This document shows, one piece after another, positions 13,008-26,981 of a stretch of DNA of 64,000 nt. Position 1 is the stretch's first letter, and each line of letters begins with the position of its first letter. Made by a program: the position numbers and the translations under genes. This DNA is from Utricularia gibba (lineage: Eukaryota; Plantae; Magnoliophyta), in contig NEEC01000014.1 of the NCBI GenBank assembly GCA_002189035.1, forward strand, positions 682,001 to 746,000. The letters are read 5' to 3'. The notes below the pieces were generated by a model, which did no database searches, was not told the DNA's origin, and saw nothing but the letters and a program-made list of their open reading frames with translations.

Positions 13008-16000
13008 TCAGACTATTGCAGTTTGATCATCTTCGTCCATTGAAAAACTCACAGGCTCTGAACCATTTGAGGTTACATCAGGAACCGCATCTGTGTCCTC
13101 TCCATTTGCTGAGACAATTCCATCCACATCCATGGATTTGTTTCCATCTGTGGTGACTGTGTTGTCTTCTTCAGAGACGGGAAACTCGCTCAGATGATGA
13201 CTCATGGCATGAGCCTGCGAAATCGAAGATGACGACTATATCAATCTCAGTCTTTGGGGTGAATCTTGTGAAATATGATACAAAATTTAGGATGATATGG
13301 TTACCTGATAGACTTGGTGAATCTGATAATTTACAAGGTCGGCCATCTCTTCAAGGCCACTGATCAGTTGCACAGGTCCTGTATCCTCAACACAGCGATC
13401 TGTGTGGGCTGTCGTTTCACTTAGATTCAGAGCTAACTGATGCGGTCTCTGGAGGAGAATTCTAAAGGTAGGCTGCAACTCATAGCACTGCTCGAACAAT
13501 GACCGCCGGCAGAACACATAAAGTCCCAACCTTGCACGAGACATTGCAACAACCAATCTTCTAACATCACGAAGATGGCCCACAAATCGCGTACGGACGA
13601 GGGAAAGTAGCACAAAATCATTTTGCTGGCCTTGAAATTTATCTACAGTTGTTACCTGTAGTTGGTTGAAAAAGAAAAACGTTAACCATGAACAAGGAAA
13701 TACCAACAACAGTAGGATGCTGCTAGAATGGTTCAATTCACTATGAGGTTCAACGAACAAGAAATGTACCTTATGTGGCAGCCCAATGAAATCATATGGA
13801 GCACATCGCCTGTTAATAACATCACGAATCAAAAGCTTCTGACCGTTGTATGTTGTCAGAATCGATATTTTGTTGGCTGGATACCCAAGCAAACGCATGT
13901 AGATGTAGACACTAACAATATATTCAGCCTCTCCCTCATTTTGATAGAACCACGGAGAGGGAGCAGACTCACCTCGACCATGGTAATCTGCAACATCTAT
14001 TAACTGGTAATCAAAACAGAAACCAGCATTTGCCTTGAGAAAGATATCTTTCACCCTCACAGAAGGAAGATCACCCAGGTCCTTGTATCTCCAATTGTAA
14101 AGTGTGGCTAACGTGGGTCTGGCTCTTCCCTGTGCATTCAACTCAATATAGGGAATTCCTAAACGAACGAATCTTGTGAACAGACTTTGGTCCATATGAC
14201 TGTACTTCTGAAAAGCCATATTTTTCACAACTGGCGGCAGTTGGTGATGATCCCCGATTAGTATGCATCGTTTCAACCGAGCATAACCATCTTCTTGTCT
14301 CTGGAGTAACATAGGAATGAATGTTTCAATCTCCAATATTTGGGCACTTTCCTCCATTAACAAATTGTCGTACTTGAAACCCAAGTTCAAGAAGTCCTTC
14401 CGTTTAAGAGCTGCATGAGTGCAAGTCATAGCTACAACCTTGGCTTGCTTGGTCATAAGGTAATTAGACCGATCAACAGTCGATTTGAGCAATTCAAATG
14501 CCCTACACTCTTCGAGCTCCTGAAACATGGTCTTCAGGTGCTGAAAGCAACCCATAGCAGCCCGCATATCTTCTTCATAAGATAGACCTGAAAAGACTGG
14601 CTTTGGTGTATTGGAAAAAAACTCCTTGAAAGGAAAGCGATCTTGTACAAATGTTGGGTTGTCGTGATTCTCAGCACAAGCAACTAAAAATTGCTCCCAT
14701 CGAGAATACACGTGAAGAAGCCAGAAGTATCCGGCAGTTTCACAAGTGTAGGCAACGTCATCAGGCAATTGTAAAGATTGTGCAAGACGTTCAACTTCAC
14801 TAAGGAGCTCCAACCGCCGAACAAGCATAGCATTCACACGGCCTTGGCGACTAAAATCAAGGTCGGTTGCCAATTCTTGCTCACCTTGACCAAGGCGAAG
14901 TAAATAGCGAGCTGGCACATCCCTCTGGAGTCACAAACAAATCACAAGGTAAAAAATAAAGCAACATTCCAAATACAAAATGAATTGAAATGTTATGAGA
15001 AGGCTGCAGAGGATATTTTACCTCCATTATTTTCTCAAAGAGATCATTCAAAGCCTGATTGGAGTGCGTAATTATCAAAGTTCTCTGAGATGGGCAATTG
15101 TGGTAAAGAACATTTAAGATTTGAACTGCTGTATCTGTTTTTCCTGTACCAGGTGGACCAACCACCATGGTTAAACCAGGCTGAATGCCTGAGATGATAG
15201 CTTGAATCTGGAACATAAAAGGATGAGATGGTGATGACAAAAATGTTCAAAATAAAATATTGAACGTACACTTTCAGTCTTATGGAGCTTGCAAAAATGA
15301 AAAATATTTGGTAAAACATCGACCAACCTGAGTGGCAGTAAATCTAACAGAATTCTTGTTTGGCTGGTCTTGTGGATATGGCCCTGGATCAGGTGGTACA
15401 TAGGCCTCAACGAAAAGGTCCACCTTTTCAGAATCATGTTCCATTACCATCTTAGGTGTTTCACTACTAGGAACATAAAAGACTCTTTGTTTAGCATCTG
15501 TTGGAAACTTAATACGAAACGGAGGAGATGGGTGAAAATTGTCGCTTCCATCAGGATTTACAAAGCGAACCTGCAAAACATGCCAAATAAAAAAAATTAA
15601 CACAAAAAACTAAGCTGTGCCACGTATTCAAGGTTAGAATTTCAGAGATACAGAGGTATAGCAATAAGAGCAATGTAGACTTTTCCTAAAAAATGTGGGC
15701 AGGAATCAGATAATTCAAGGGAGGAAAGGTCACACCTGATAATTTGGAAAGCTTTCTTTCACATGAGCAGCATCAAGAAAAGTGTCTTTAAAATCAACTT
15801 TTTCAAGAAGATCTGGCCTATTGGTCCATTGTGCTGCAGATGGGTCACCGTAACCCAGGAATATATCATGCAACCAGTCAGGGACGATGCATGTCTCATT
15901 CATTAGATCCCTAATGGATTCCAGAATTGCTTTAAAGTTATTTTCCTTGGGTTTGCGCCTCATCAGTATGTTGAAAGTGCTGTAAACATCAGCTGCACCC

Positions 16001-19000
16001 TTCTCACCAACATCACAAACATCCATATGATATTGTGCAGTATCCAAGGCCACAGTCACTGTTCGCAACTCTCCCTTCGGAGGCTTCCATTCATCGCGTT
16101 TGATTCTCCCAGTAAAATCATTCATCAGAGTTCCTTCTTCATCACGTATTTCAATAATCTCACACCCACGCACAAACTGAAGACCAAGCCTTTGAGGCAC
16201 AGTTGCTTTCTCTGCTTCTTCTGCAGTAAATGGCTCAAAAGAAGGGTGAATAGACAGTAGAAATAGAACATCGTGCTCTTTTAGAGCATTCCATTCAGAT
16301 CTAATTTGAGCCTTGTAGCTGGAAATGCTGAAAGTAATTTCAGCAGTCACTGCTGATGGCTTTGCCTCCCCAATATTTGGCTGTTTAACCTCTGCAATCT
16401 TAAACTCTTTAATTGGCACGGCCATCCTTGACCAACCACGGAAAGCAGTTTCACCTTCGCTGTCTATGTAAGACAGAAGATGTGGAACAGCCTCCTGAAT
16501 ATCTTCACGAATCTCATAGGTTGATTCCAGGCGAAAGAGATTGAAGTTCCTGAGAAGATAATCATGCAATGTTAAAAACTGCAAATTAAGCTTTGGAAGT
16601 GCCAGGCACCCTTCTCCAGAATAGTTAATGCTGGGCACAAGGCTTTCATCCCACATTATGCGCTCATTGGGATATAATGGAAGCGCATTAATAGCCTCTT
16701 TCTGAGATTTTTGTTTCTCAAAAAATGAAACCATGACTTCAAGCAGAAAGTCCACTCTTTCCGACCAAGGATCATCCTTAGAAACCAGCTTCAACTGCAG
16801 TTTCATAGGGAAAAAATGAAAATGCTTAGAGGAATTAGCAGCCGTGTGCATAACCAAAAATACAGGCATAAAAGGAAAATATCAGAGCAATGGACACAAA
16901 GGAACCTCAAGGCTGAAGATCATTCACGTTGAAATTCACAATGGGAAAAATCACTCCATTTCCAGTGTCTCAGTTAATTAACTTACCTTGCAACATACAC
17001 AATCTCTCAATTCTTCAGGAGAAAGGCTCAAAAGCTTTTTCACAAGGTTTTCACGCTTGTCAATTGCGCCAATGTTAGCCATTGCGAGTTCTTGAAACTA
17101 CAAAAACGACCAATTGATTTAAGGTTTCTTTAAAAAATATTTCCAAATATGATTCACAATCACAAAATGTGTGCTCCCAGTGCCACACACCTTGGCGATC
17201 TTTTTGAATGCAATGAGCTGAAAAGCCTGAAATCGTCTATAATGAGCTTGGAGAACCTCATCATCGGTCATTTGTCTACCCTTGTGATCATCTATTTCAA
17301 AACTTTCATAGTACTTAAGCAAGTCAACTAGTTGTGCGAAAAGTTTCCCTTTTCATGACGATGAAGAGCACTTAAGTGGCATTTGGAGACTAGTCCAATA
17401 TCTGATACAAGAGGTCGAATGAATCTGAAATTAAAAAAAAAAAAGAATATCACAAATCATCAACTAGATCAGCTTCAGCAAAACAATAACATCACAATAA
17501 AGATCCTACAGTTAGTCCAGCACAATAATATCCCAGTTACTTTGCCAGAATTAAAGAGTCCCTAAGAGGTTAGCATATAGAAACTACACATCAAGAATTT
17601 TATGAGAGGGAGAGCTCGAATTCGGTTGATATAGTTCCGCACACACTAGAAATAATATTTCAGATAACAAGCACTCCATATCTCATTTTCTACAAAAAAA
17701 AAAAAAAAAAAAAAAAAAAAACGGAGGAGGTGAAATTGAAAAAAAAATCCAAAAATTCCATCATTCAAGTCAAGAGAGGATATACGGAGGGCTTAGACCT
17801 AATATTCCTATTTAAAAAAGAAACAGCCAATATAGACAGAAAGCAAAAATTCGACAATATCAGCACCAACCAAATGAATAAGCTCAAAAATTACAGATCA
17901 CATAAACTTTTGAAGTTATGAAGTAAAATAATACGAAACTTATACCTTCTTGTTGGGAGTTGGCTCAAAAGATCAATTAGAAACTCCAAAAATCTCTCAC
18001 AGTATAGAACACAACCATCATCGACATCTACAACATCATTAGCATCAATCATGGAGCCATCCTCATATGATTTAAGAGGAAAAACTTGCATGTCAAGAAC
18101 CTGATATTATAGAAAGTAAAATGGTTCAGTGCAAGTCAATGGGAGATAACGAAAAGATACATCCACAATGCTCACTTCGAGAAACTCCAGCATGAGATTA
18201 CGGAGGAAGTTCGCTTCCACTGAGTTTGAAAATTCAGTTAGCTTCCCTTGTTTAGCTGCATCCTTGACACGTTTTGCAACCCGTTTCCATTTCTTAATGA
18301 GTTTTTCGTTGAGGCACAGCTCAATCTGTCATGGAGAACACTATTAAAAACTCAAAAGACTTACTATTTCAAAGGCGCCAATCTTAGGAAGTAGACAATT
18401 TACCTGAAGACGACCATACGACAAGCTAAGCCAAGATTCCAAACTAGCCAATCTCATGATTGTTTCACTAACAATCTCATCTTCCAAGCTCTATAAAAGT
18501 GATCATTGAAAAGAAAACAAGGAATCAACCATAAGATATCGTTGAGAGAAAGAAAAAATTAAAAAAATATGCAAGAAACGCTAGCATGAGCCTTAATATG
18601 CCTATTCAATAAGGTTGATTGCCAATTGCATCAGAAACACATAAATCAGGCTCCAAGTGGATGCATGGTTCATATTCAATCATACAGCAATCAATGTCAA
18701 TTAACATGGAATAAAAGTAATTCATATTCCATAATGCTCAGATGTTAATTTCATTTAACACAGCAGAAAGAATAAGGCGTAGATTGCATGTGATTAAAAA
18801 ATGACAGTTAGTGCAGTACCTGAAAAGCATTGATCATAAAAAGCAGATAATTTGTCTTCTCAGAAATAGTAAGGCTTCTTTCCTGCAATAAAAAATGGAC
18901 TTTTCTTAAATAAGTACTGTTTACAAGATGAAACACTTCCATATCAAAAAAAACCAGACATGACTAGGCTAATGGGAAGGGATCGAAGAGAAATATAGGT

Positions 19001-20186
19001 TGGGAAATTGATTCCTGACAATGATGCATATGAGAGAAAGAGTATGGAAAGGAGAGGGGCTGGAGATACATATGCTTGGTGTGTTTGTTTCTGTGGGTGT
19101 GTATCTTGCTAATGTAAAAGGTCATAAATCACAAGTAAAACGAGTACCTCCTTCAGATGAAGTACCCTCTCAAGGAATGATGTAAACATATCCTTCCTGT
19201 TATAGAAACATATCCATGCAGCCACATTTTCTCGAAACTGCAAGTTTCACATTCAACAGGATCAGTACTTACCGGTTTCTAAGACAGTATCATGGTATCA
19301 TTTCCTGTGGTTTAACCTAATATAGTTTATACGCAAAAATTCATCCCAACTTTCATTGCATACATCTCAGCCATACTGAGACAAATGGAAAATAAATCAA
19401 ACACTCCAGTACCTTCTCATTGACCATGAGAATCATTGACATGACATGTTCAAAAGAAGACGACTCTGGATTAAAATTTGGCCACAGGTAATTCTCCAAG
19501 TATTGGCTCACTTCCAGTATCATCACCCTCTGCAGAGGAACTGTCTTTCGCCCACCTGCAATAAACAGGAATTGAAATGTGACACAGGAAGTATATAAGA
19601 ACTGCAGGTGCTTACATGTATCGTAAAGCTGGAAGTGAAACTCTGCTTTTTCATAAACAAAAGTTAGATGAAATAGTACTCCTGCTCATCTTGTGGAAGC
19701 TCTTTTTAAATGTTAAAGAAGAAGAACTGACATTAAGTGTGCTGGCTAGTTTAGATGAACAAGAGCAAGTCCACAACCCACTTCCTATTTCTTATAAAAA
19801 GCTCCAATTCAGTAAGCCAATATTATCTTCTCCAAGCAAGGTAGTTCCCTAAAACACACACTGCGACGTCCTCAGATAAATCTTATGACTGCATATAAAG
19901 ATAACTTATTTATCACCTGTAACAGTTAATTCAGAGCAGTATATTTCTTTGACGAGTTCAGGAGTAAAAGGCTTCTTGATCTCCGCAGTTATCGCCCAAT
20001 TTTCAGCCGCGATTCTCGTGAGCCGGTCCCTCTGAATATCCGTCAATGTAATGGAACTGGGGAAGTCCGAAACTGGCTTCGCTTGGGGGGCTTTTCTGTT
20101 GGCGGCGGTGCCTCCGCCACAACAGGGTATTCAGCAACACGGTGCCGACGGAAATCGTAAACCCCGGTGCCATAAATCTTCGGCAT
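13008..20186 (-). CDS. AQR: Aquarius (intron-binding spliceosomal SF1 RNA helicase); two apparent 1-nt deletions
   Basis: 15 exons: 20186-19917, 19555-19413, 19237-19148, 18882-18820, 18490-18404, 18325-18176, 18100-17946, 17424-17191, 17097-16987, 16794-15736, 15570-15328, 15207-15022, 14924-13770, 13655-13305, 13214-13008. [21 protein letters not shown] start, [23 protein letters not shown] and VAMSRAR. The frame breaks at 20085-20090 and 17350-17353. Confidence 0.95.
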
Positions 20187-20246
20187 CTTCTACAAGCACC
20201 AAGCATTCAAGACAGGAACCAAGTTTCAGGAGCGCGAAATCATGAT

Positions 20247-20255
20247 AAACCCTAA
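20247..20255. promoter_or_regulatory. Telo-box (AAACCCTAA) upstream of Aquarius
   Basis: Exact AAACCCTAA about 60 nt upstream of the AQR ATG. Telo-boxes are common in plant RNA-processing and translation gene promoters. Confidence 0.55.
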
Positions 20256-21242
20256 CCCCCAACGACAAAATGCCTTCACTCTCATATAATATCCATCCGG
20301 CGCGGCAAACAGCAGGTAACCGAATTCTGATTGGAAAAATATATCTTACTCCATCCTCTTAATTTAAATTACCCGCAAATGACGTTTATGGTAAAATATT
20401 TATACAAAAGTTCACTAAATTATAACTAATTTAAAATAAATAAAAATATTACAATCCAATTAAATTTAATAAGGATTGGATAACCATTTAATATTGTTTT
20501 CATGAATTTCGGTGGTGCAGGCCACAAGGGCCTTTTCTCAAAATTAACATAAGTCTATCTTTCAAGACCACAGGCTTAATCGTATAAACTGGCTTTCATG
20601 GTTCAATGAGATAGACTCCAATAAACTTCGAAATAGTGTGTTATGTACAATATAAATCATCATAATTTGAAAGATATCGTATCAAAAACAAACAATATAC
20701 AAATACGTCATATGCTCTAGGCATCTCGGGTTTGAAAAAACAAGTCATAGAACACCGAATTTTATCAAAAACTCAATATTGTACATCATTCTATCATATT
20801 TGCGTATGATTAAGGATTTTTTTAATAATATAATTGATTTTCTTCATGTTTTTCATTTATAATTTCTATTCCAATCCAATTGATTAGATCGTCAGGTGCA
20901 AGCCCTAACATTTCGATTGAAACCCTAATTAAGGCTCACCTATCGATTAAACTCTAATTGAAGCCTTAAAATTGGTTTAGGATTTGAAACCCTAATTGAA
21001 ATTCTAGATGGATTTTTTTTTAATGAACAAATTCTGCCCATTAGAATTCACATTTGGCATTCCTAAAAAGTGAAAAGATGTCCAATGTACAACCCTCTAA
21101 ACTAAAAAGAGCACATCTCAAAATTTTAGCTTTTTTCGCTTGTAGGCTGATGAAGCCATCACTGGAAACACTGAAGCTGGCGAATCGGGTTTCCTTCCAC
21201 GACCCGACCCGGACGCATGCTGGAGGTAAGCTGTAGACCAAC

Positions 21243-21259
21243 CTCTCTCTCTCTCTCTC
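21243..21259. repeat. (CT)n microsatellite
   Basis: About eight CT units just downstream of the kinase stop codon. Confidence 0.85.
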
Positions 21260-21298
21260 ACTTGGGATACTGTGGCACCAAGAGCTTTTGCTAACTGC

Positions 21299-23787
21299 TC
21301 ATGATTTCCATCTGCCCCTCAAGTAGTCTTCTACTGAGATCCTCTGCTCACTGCTTTCTGTTGAAGTGGCATCATCTTCCATCCCAAGCAGAGCAAGATT
21401 GATGAATGATTTGATGCTGGCTTCTGACTGCAGATCCTTGGATTCTTCTATGGAATCAATTTCACCTCTCACCCATTCCACGGTTTCCGGGTCACCGCGA
21501 AGGAGCTTCACAACCTGTTGGGGGTAAAACACAGGCAGATGAGTTGGGAGGACAGGGAGTTGGGAGTTCTAGCATTGACTTACTGTGCTCATCTCAGGGC
21601 GTGACTGGGGTGCTTCCCTGGTGCAGATGACTGCAGCTGCCACCATTCTGTTGAACTCATCACCGTTGTCGCCGCCGGTGATATTGGGGTCTTGCAAGTC
21701 CGACATCCTCCCCTCTTTCAGCACATGCTTAGCCTGCAGGTATTGCAAACATGGGAATCTGGATAAAAATGTTGGAAGCATTTTGGAATGATCTGAGTGG
21801 AATACTCACCCACATCACCAAGTTCACTTTTCCATTGCTGTTGATAGGCTTTCTACCAGACAGAAGTTCAAGGAGTACAACTCCAAATGCATAGATATCA
21901 GTCTCTTCATTCAGTTTCCCATATATAACATACTCTGGAGCCAAGTAGCTGAATTTTTGAAAACAATGTCAAGTTTCGGTGCTAAGCAGTATGTTCTTAT
22001 CAGTATGGAATTCATTCTGTATTTAAAAGTTACCCAAATGTTCCAGCAACATCATAGTAGTCAACTTGCGAACAACTTGAAGCTCGGGTGGCAAGCCCAA
22101 AATCTGAGAGCTGGGGTTCAAAGTCATCAGAAAGAAGGATATTTGAAGATTTTACATCTCTGTGAATAACTGGCTCTGGTAAACCATGAAGGAAGTTCAG
22201 TGCTTCTGCAACTCCCAAAGCAACCTTATACCGCACTTGCCAACCAAACCTCCCAGATTTAGGAGCACCTAAACAAGCAGCAAAGTTAGGGGCAGCTCAT
22301 TTTTCATTCGTATGATTGTTGGCAAAAAGAGACAACTACCATGGAGATTGTCCTCCAAGCATCCTCTGGATAAGAAGTTAAATACAAGGGAAAGTTGCTC
22401 TCGCTCGCAGCAGAACCCGATTAATGAAACTATGTTTTTGTGATTCAGTGATGAGATGAATTCAATTTCAGACACAAAATTTCGTAATGCATCTCCTGAT
22501 GCCTTCAAAATTTTCACTGCTATCTGTCTTCCTCCAGGCAGAGAACCTCTATAGACCTGGCTGCTTCCTCCTTTTCCAATCAAATTTCCTGAGAATCTTT
22601 CAAGAGTCAACACCAAAAGGTGAACTGAAATTTGGAGAATGTACCAAGGTAGTGAAGACTACAAACCTGAAGCAAAGTGATTGGTTGCTATCAAGAGTTC
22701 TTTGTAGCGAAAGATTCTGCATTTTTTGGAGTACCTGTGACTGATATCTTTAAGCTGTTCTACTAATCCATTATCAGAATGAGGGCAGGACTTTCTTTTC
22801 GATTTAAAAAACACAACATCATCATTCTCTTCATCCATAACTGAATGAAGATCGTCCAAATTGGATACCAAACTTCGCCTCTTGTCAGGATAAATAGGTG
22901 CAAAACTTTGCAGGCTCGATATTTTCCATAAACACTGCACTACTGATGACTTTTTGGAAGAAGCTCCAGATAATCCCACCCCATGTGGAAGGCCACAGCA
23001 AAGCACTGTCCATCCATGGCCTCTCCGGTGTGCTTTAATCGAAGCTGGTGGAGATATCTTGTCACCTGCGCTTTCCACAAGCTGAGTTGCAACACTCACA
23101 GGTGACCACATCTCAAGGCTTCCAAAAATTGCTTTTGTTGAGTGAGTTGATTCTCTCATAAACATAACCTTTCCATTCTCAACACACGCTACAAAAACGT
23201 TTCCTTGCAGATGCTTAGCACAATACTTGGCAACTGATGTCCGGGATCCAGAAGTGATGCCGAGTTCTGAAGCACCTACTACTAGATTTGTCGCACCAAA
23301 CACTTTTGCCTCATGAACCAGTGCTTTACGAACACGGGAACCCCTGCAAATCTTCAGCTTTAGATCCACCTACACACAGTGAAACCAGAAGAGCTGAAGC
23401 AGCCAAATAGTAAAATATAGAAGAAAAATCAATGGGTACCTGTTTAAGTTTACAAAAACCTTCGTAAGCAGAAAGCACAGAATCGAATGTCTTCATCAAC
23501 GAAAACAGAACCGACATATCTTCAACCAAAAACAGCAAGTTAAAATCAGAACCCACGTGAATTCAATCCACAGAAACGGAAAAAGAAAAAAGATCCCAAC
23601 CCGCATTGGGCTCAACGATATGCAGAGCAATGACACGATCCCCGGAGGTGGCGATTTTCATAAGCACCCATGTCAACAACTCCTTGCTCCGCGACTCGAG
23701 CTTCACTCCGACAACCACCACCTTCCCAGGCCCCTCACCCCCCGGCTGAGGAGTAGTGCTATTCCTGCGCATCAGCCCCAGCCCCAT
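21299..23787 (-). CDS. Receptor-like cytoplasmic kinase with N-terminal USP (adenine nucleotide alpha hydrolase-like) domain
   Basis: Exons 23787-23601, 23519-23440, 23369-22667, 22588-22340, 22268-22034, 21948-21810, 21733-21584, 21514-21299, in frame. VVVGVK...SKELLTW (USP), [13 protein letters not shown]-type [15 protein letters not shown] and GTFGYLAPEY. Confidence 0.93.
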
Positions 23788-23885
23788 TTCCCGACAGACG
23801 GCTGAGAGATCAAGACCAAGAGCGACGCTTTCTGGGCATATAATTTCGGATTAAGACAAGCATCTCAGACAAACCCGCCTTGCTC

Positions 23886-23905
23886 CTCTCTCTCTCTCTC
23901 TCTCT
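23886..23905. repeat. (CT)10 microsatellite
   Basis: CT dinucleotide run about 100 nt upstream of the kinase ATG. Confidence 0.85.
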
Positions 23906-25664
23906 TCTCTCCCTCTTGCACCGAGAATTTATTCCCGCACACAAACTCCATAACACCTACCATACCTTGACAACCGTACATATTCCTACAAAATTACTGT
24001 GTCAAATTACCCAGACTATTTCACTTTAAAAAATCTGCTTAATTCCAGCAAGCGTCTTCTTGATCGTCTCCCAAATGTCAAAGAGTGGACTTTGCTGTCA
24101 GAAAGCATGATGCAAGAGAACAATCATAGAGTTGTACCAAAGTGTAGTCCATGTGCCTGTCGCCTGGCATCGCCATTCATGGGGACCTTCTTCCTCTTCC
24201 CACCATACCCTTGTAAAAATTTGGCCTTTTCTTGGGTCGCATTCCACACCCCACAAATTTCGTATTTTTCCAAAATTCGATCATCTTTTCTTCTAAAACT
24301 TCGTTTCAGGAGACCAAACAAACGAAGCTCCAAGATCTTTGCAGTTGAAATGTGAATTGTTTTTGAAAAAAAACGACTATTTTTGTGAGGAGGAGGAACA
24401 CACGTCTATTCCTCTCATTCTTTAGGAGGTGGAATCATTTCTCTTAAATGCCTTCATAAAAGAAAAAAAAGTAAAGATTGAGGGAGGGAGGGAGAGGGAC
24501 ATGGCATGCAACAGTGATGGCTTTGTCCCATGTCTATTGTGCTCCATGTCGCTACCCCCTAGTTAATATTATAAATGATCAAATATATGTATTTTAAAAA
24601 AATATTATTAAATTTAAATTTCCTTAAAATAATAAAATGAATTAACGATAGTGATAATCTAAGTCAATAGTATATGAAGATATCTAAATAATCAAGATAT
24701 GATTCATTATTTTAGGTAAACAAAGATGAGACTTCAGATTTGATTTATTCAATTGTAGTTCAAATATGATTATTTTACTTACAATTAAACGAACAATTTA
24801 ATTATGATTTGAATCACGGTTGAATTTTTCAAATCATGAACTATTTGTACCAAAACTGAATTCGATTTGTATATGATATTTCGTTAATAGATAAGAATTC
24901 GGAATTCCGTAACGATACGAAATAGACGTAACATAATTTATAAGTATCATGTACATAGGAAAGGTCGGGGCAAGGGACAAGAAGACACAAGAATGCGGAT
25001 GTGGATGTGCAAATAGGCAACGTGAAAGGGGGGAATGATCAATCAGGAGTCGGCCTCGGTGTTCTGTAGCCTCCTTGCAACCCATGTGACGCTATAACCA
25101 CTCCACTTCTCCTTTCGTCTACGTACATTTAATACTGTACCATACCTTCTTATACCACATTTAATATGTACATATGCTCAATCATCCCTAGCTTATAATT
25201 TTTTAATCATGCTTAGCTTATATTATTTTCCCTAACTATGTCACATTAAACGCGTCGGCTACGCTATGCTACGCTAATAATGCCTCTAGTAGAGAGGGTG
25301 CATTTTTTTTTTTAAATTATAGTATTTTAAACCAAATACATGTGTTGTTTGGAAACTGTAAAATGAAAGTGACGAAACATAGAAGAGAAAGTAGAATAAT
25401 TAAACGAAAATAAAATTTATATTAAATTTAAAATAGTTATAGTTTTTTTTTTCATTCAACTGTTGTTTAATTACAGTTTAAGATCAATATACATAATTAT
25501 TCCATCAATAAAAATTTGGACATAAAAAATAAAGTTGAATATAAAAAAGAAAATATATATTAGTTTACGAATTTCGCATTTATAAACATTTCGAAAAAAA
25601 TAAAAATGGAAACATTATGGATTAGAAGCTTCATGACATCATAACCAAATACAGAAATACACTA

Positions 25665-26095
25665 GGGGCTGTTTTGTAAATTAAATTTTTTGAAGTGATT
25701 ATAATCTTATCATGTTAAGTTTTGTGAGAAAACTAGAAATTCAGATTTTGCGGTTAATTTTAAAAATTATTGAATTTATTAAATTTATATTTTGTGATTA
25801 AATAAAAATTAATTAAAAAATTATATTATATACTTTCAATATACTTTAAGAATATATTTAGATTATCACATTAAATTATATAATAAATTAATCTATTAAA
25901 ATTTATAATATAATTTTATATTATTATGTAAAATAGTTTTATAATTTGAAATTTTAATTTATTTATAAAATATTATACAATTTTTTTTTTAAAAAAAGAT
26001 TAAGCCTTAAATTTCACACGGAAAATTGAAGTTTTCATCCATAATCACATTCAGCTTAAAAAAATTAAAGTTATTATTCGATACAAATAACTTTT
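25665..26095. mobile_element. Possible degenerate MITE remnant
   Basis: Very AT-rich core. The left end GGGGCTGTTTTGTAAATTAAATTTTTTGAAGTGATTAT is imperfectly complementary to ATAATCAC...AAAAAAATTAA...ACAAAT at 26041-26090. No clear target-site duplication. Confidence 0.3.
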
Positions 26096-26981
26096 TATTC
26101 GAAAAAAATATTTCGCGATACATAAAAAAGGACGCCTCATCCACCAGGACAGCCCCAATTCGTGATTAAGAGAGTCTCCGCAAGCGCGCTTTGGTGATTA
26201 TTGAAGAGTTGAATGTGAACAAGGCAAGGGATGGATGATCGCGACGGATGGCCTGCATAAGATGCCGATAGGCTACCTGTTCCTTTAGGCTTCCGTGGAA
26301 AAACGGAGCACAGTGCGGCCTCCTTTTTGCTGCACGAAAACGAACACCAATACCCGGGACTAAAGGTGAGCTGTGGATTCCACCAAACCTTTGACAGCGA
26401 GGGGCAAAATCTTCCGATCAAGATCGTGGCTTCGTAGAACTCGCACTTTTCGCTTTCCGCAATTCCTCTTTGTCCAAAGCAAGATTAGGAGAGATCTGGC
26501 TCTGCTTAATGGTGCATCGATTTAGGGTTCGATAAACCCGAAACCCAAACCCAACCCGCCCAATTGAATTGGGTGATATTTGAATTTAATAACGTAAACT
26601 CGATAATAGTGTTTTAAATATGGATTCACTATTTAGTTATGGTTTAAGTTAATTATTCTTTTGAGAATCAAGTTATCGAATTTTCATAACTCAACATGAT
26701 GGATTCTAAACAAGCTTAGAAATAATATTCACTTAAGTGATTCAAATAATGTTATTTTTCTATATGAATTGATATTGAAAAATATTGAATTGGGTTGGAT
26801 TTGGGCGTCATGAATATTTTTATTTCTAATATAATATTTGACGTTATATAAATATATAGAAAGGTTTTAGAAAATGGACATTTAAAGAAAATCAGCAAAT
26901 TTAATTTGATTTTGGGTTGTGTCATTGTGTGGTTTGAATGTTGTGGGAACGGGTTAGTCCAGGCCCATAGCGGAAGTCCAT

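Noticed and set aside
17694-17720. Long poly(A) run in an AQR intron (others at about 8017 and 12778)
   Set aside because: No upstream SINE or retrocopy body and no target-site duplication visible.
21299-21320. Kinase ending RWKS-stop instead of the longer serine-rich ending I recall for this family
   Set aside because: No alternative frame restores the longer tail, so it is treated as lineage variation.
23999-24355. Overlapping ORFs of 118 aa (+) and 69 aa (-) upstream of the kinase
   Set aside because: No recognisable domain, non-ATG starts, no splice support; consistent with promoter DNA.
24834-25295. Possible Helitron 3' end (CTAG after a weak GCGT/ACGC hairpin) and a short 7SL-like word at about 25077
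   Set aside because: The hairpin is only about 4 bp, and the 7SL resemblance does not extend or have a Pol III promoter.
26121-26260. AAAAAAGG start reminiscent of U11 snRNA
   Set aside because: It does not match the U11 5' sequence further, and I saw no Sm site or USE/TATA snRNA promoter.
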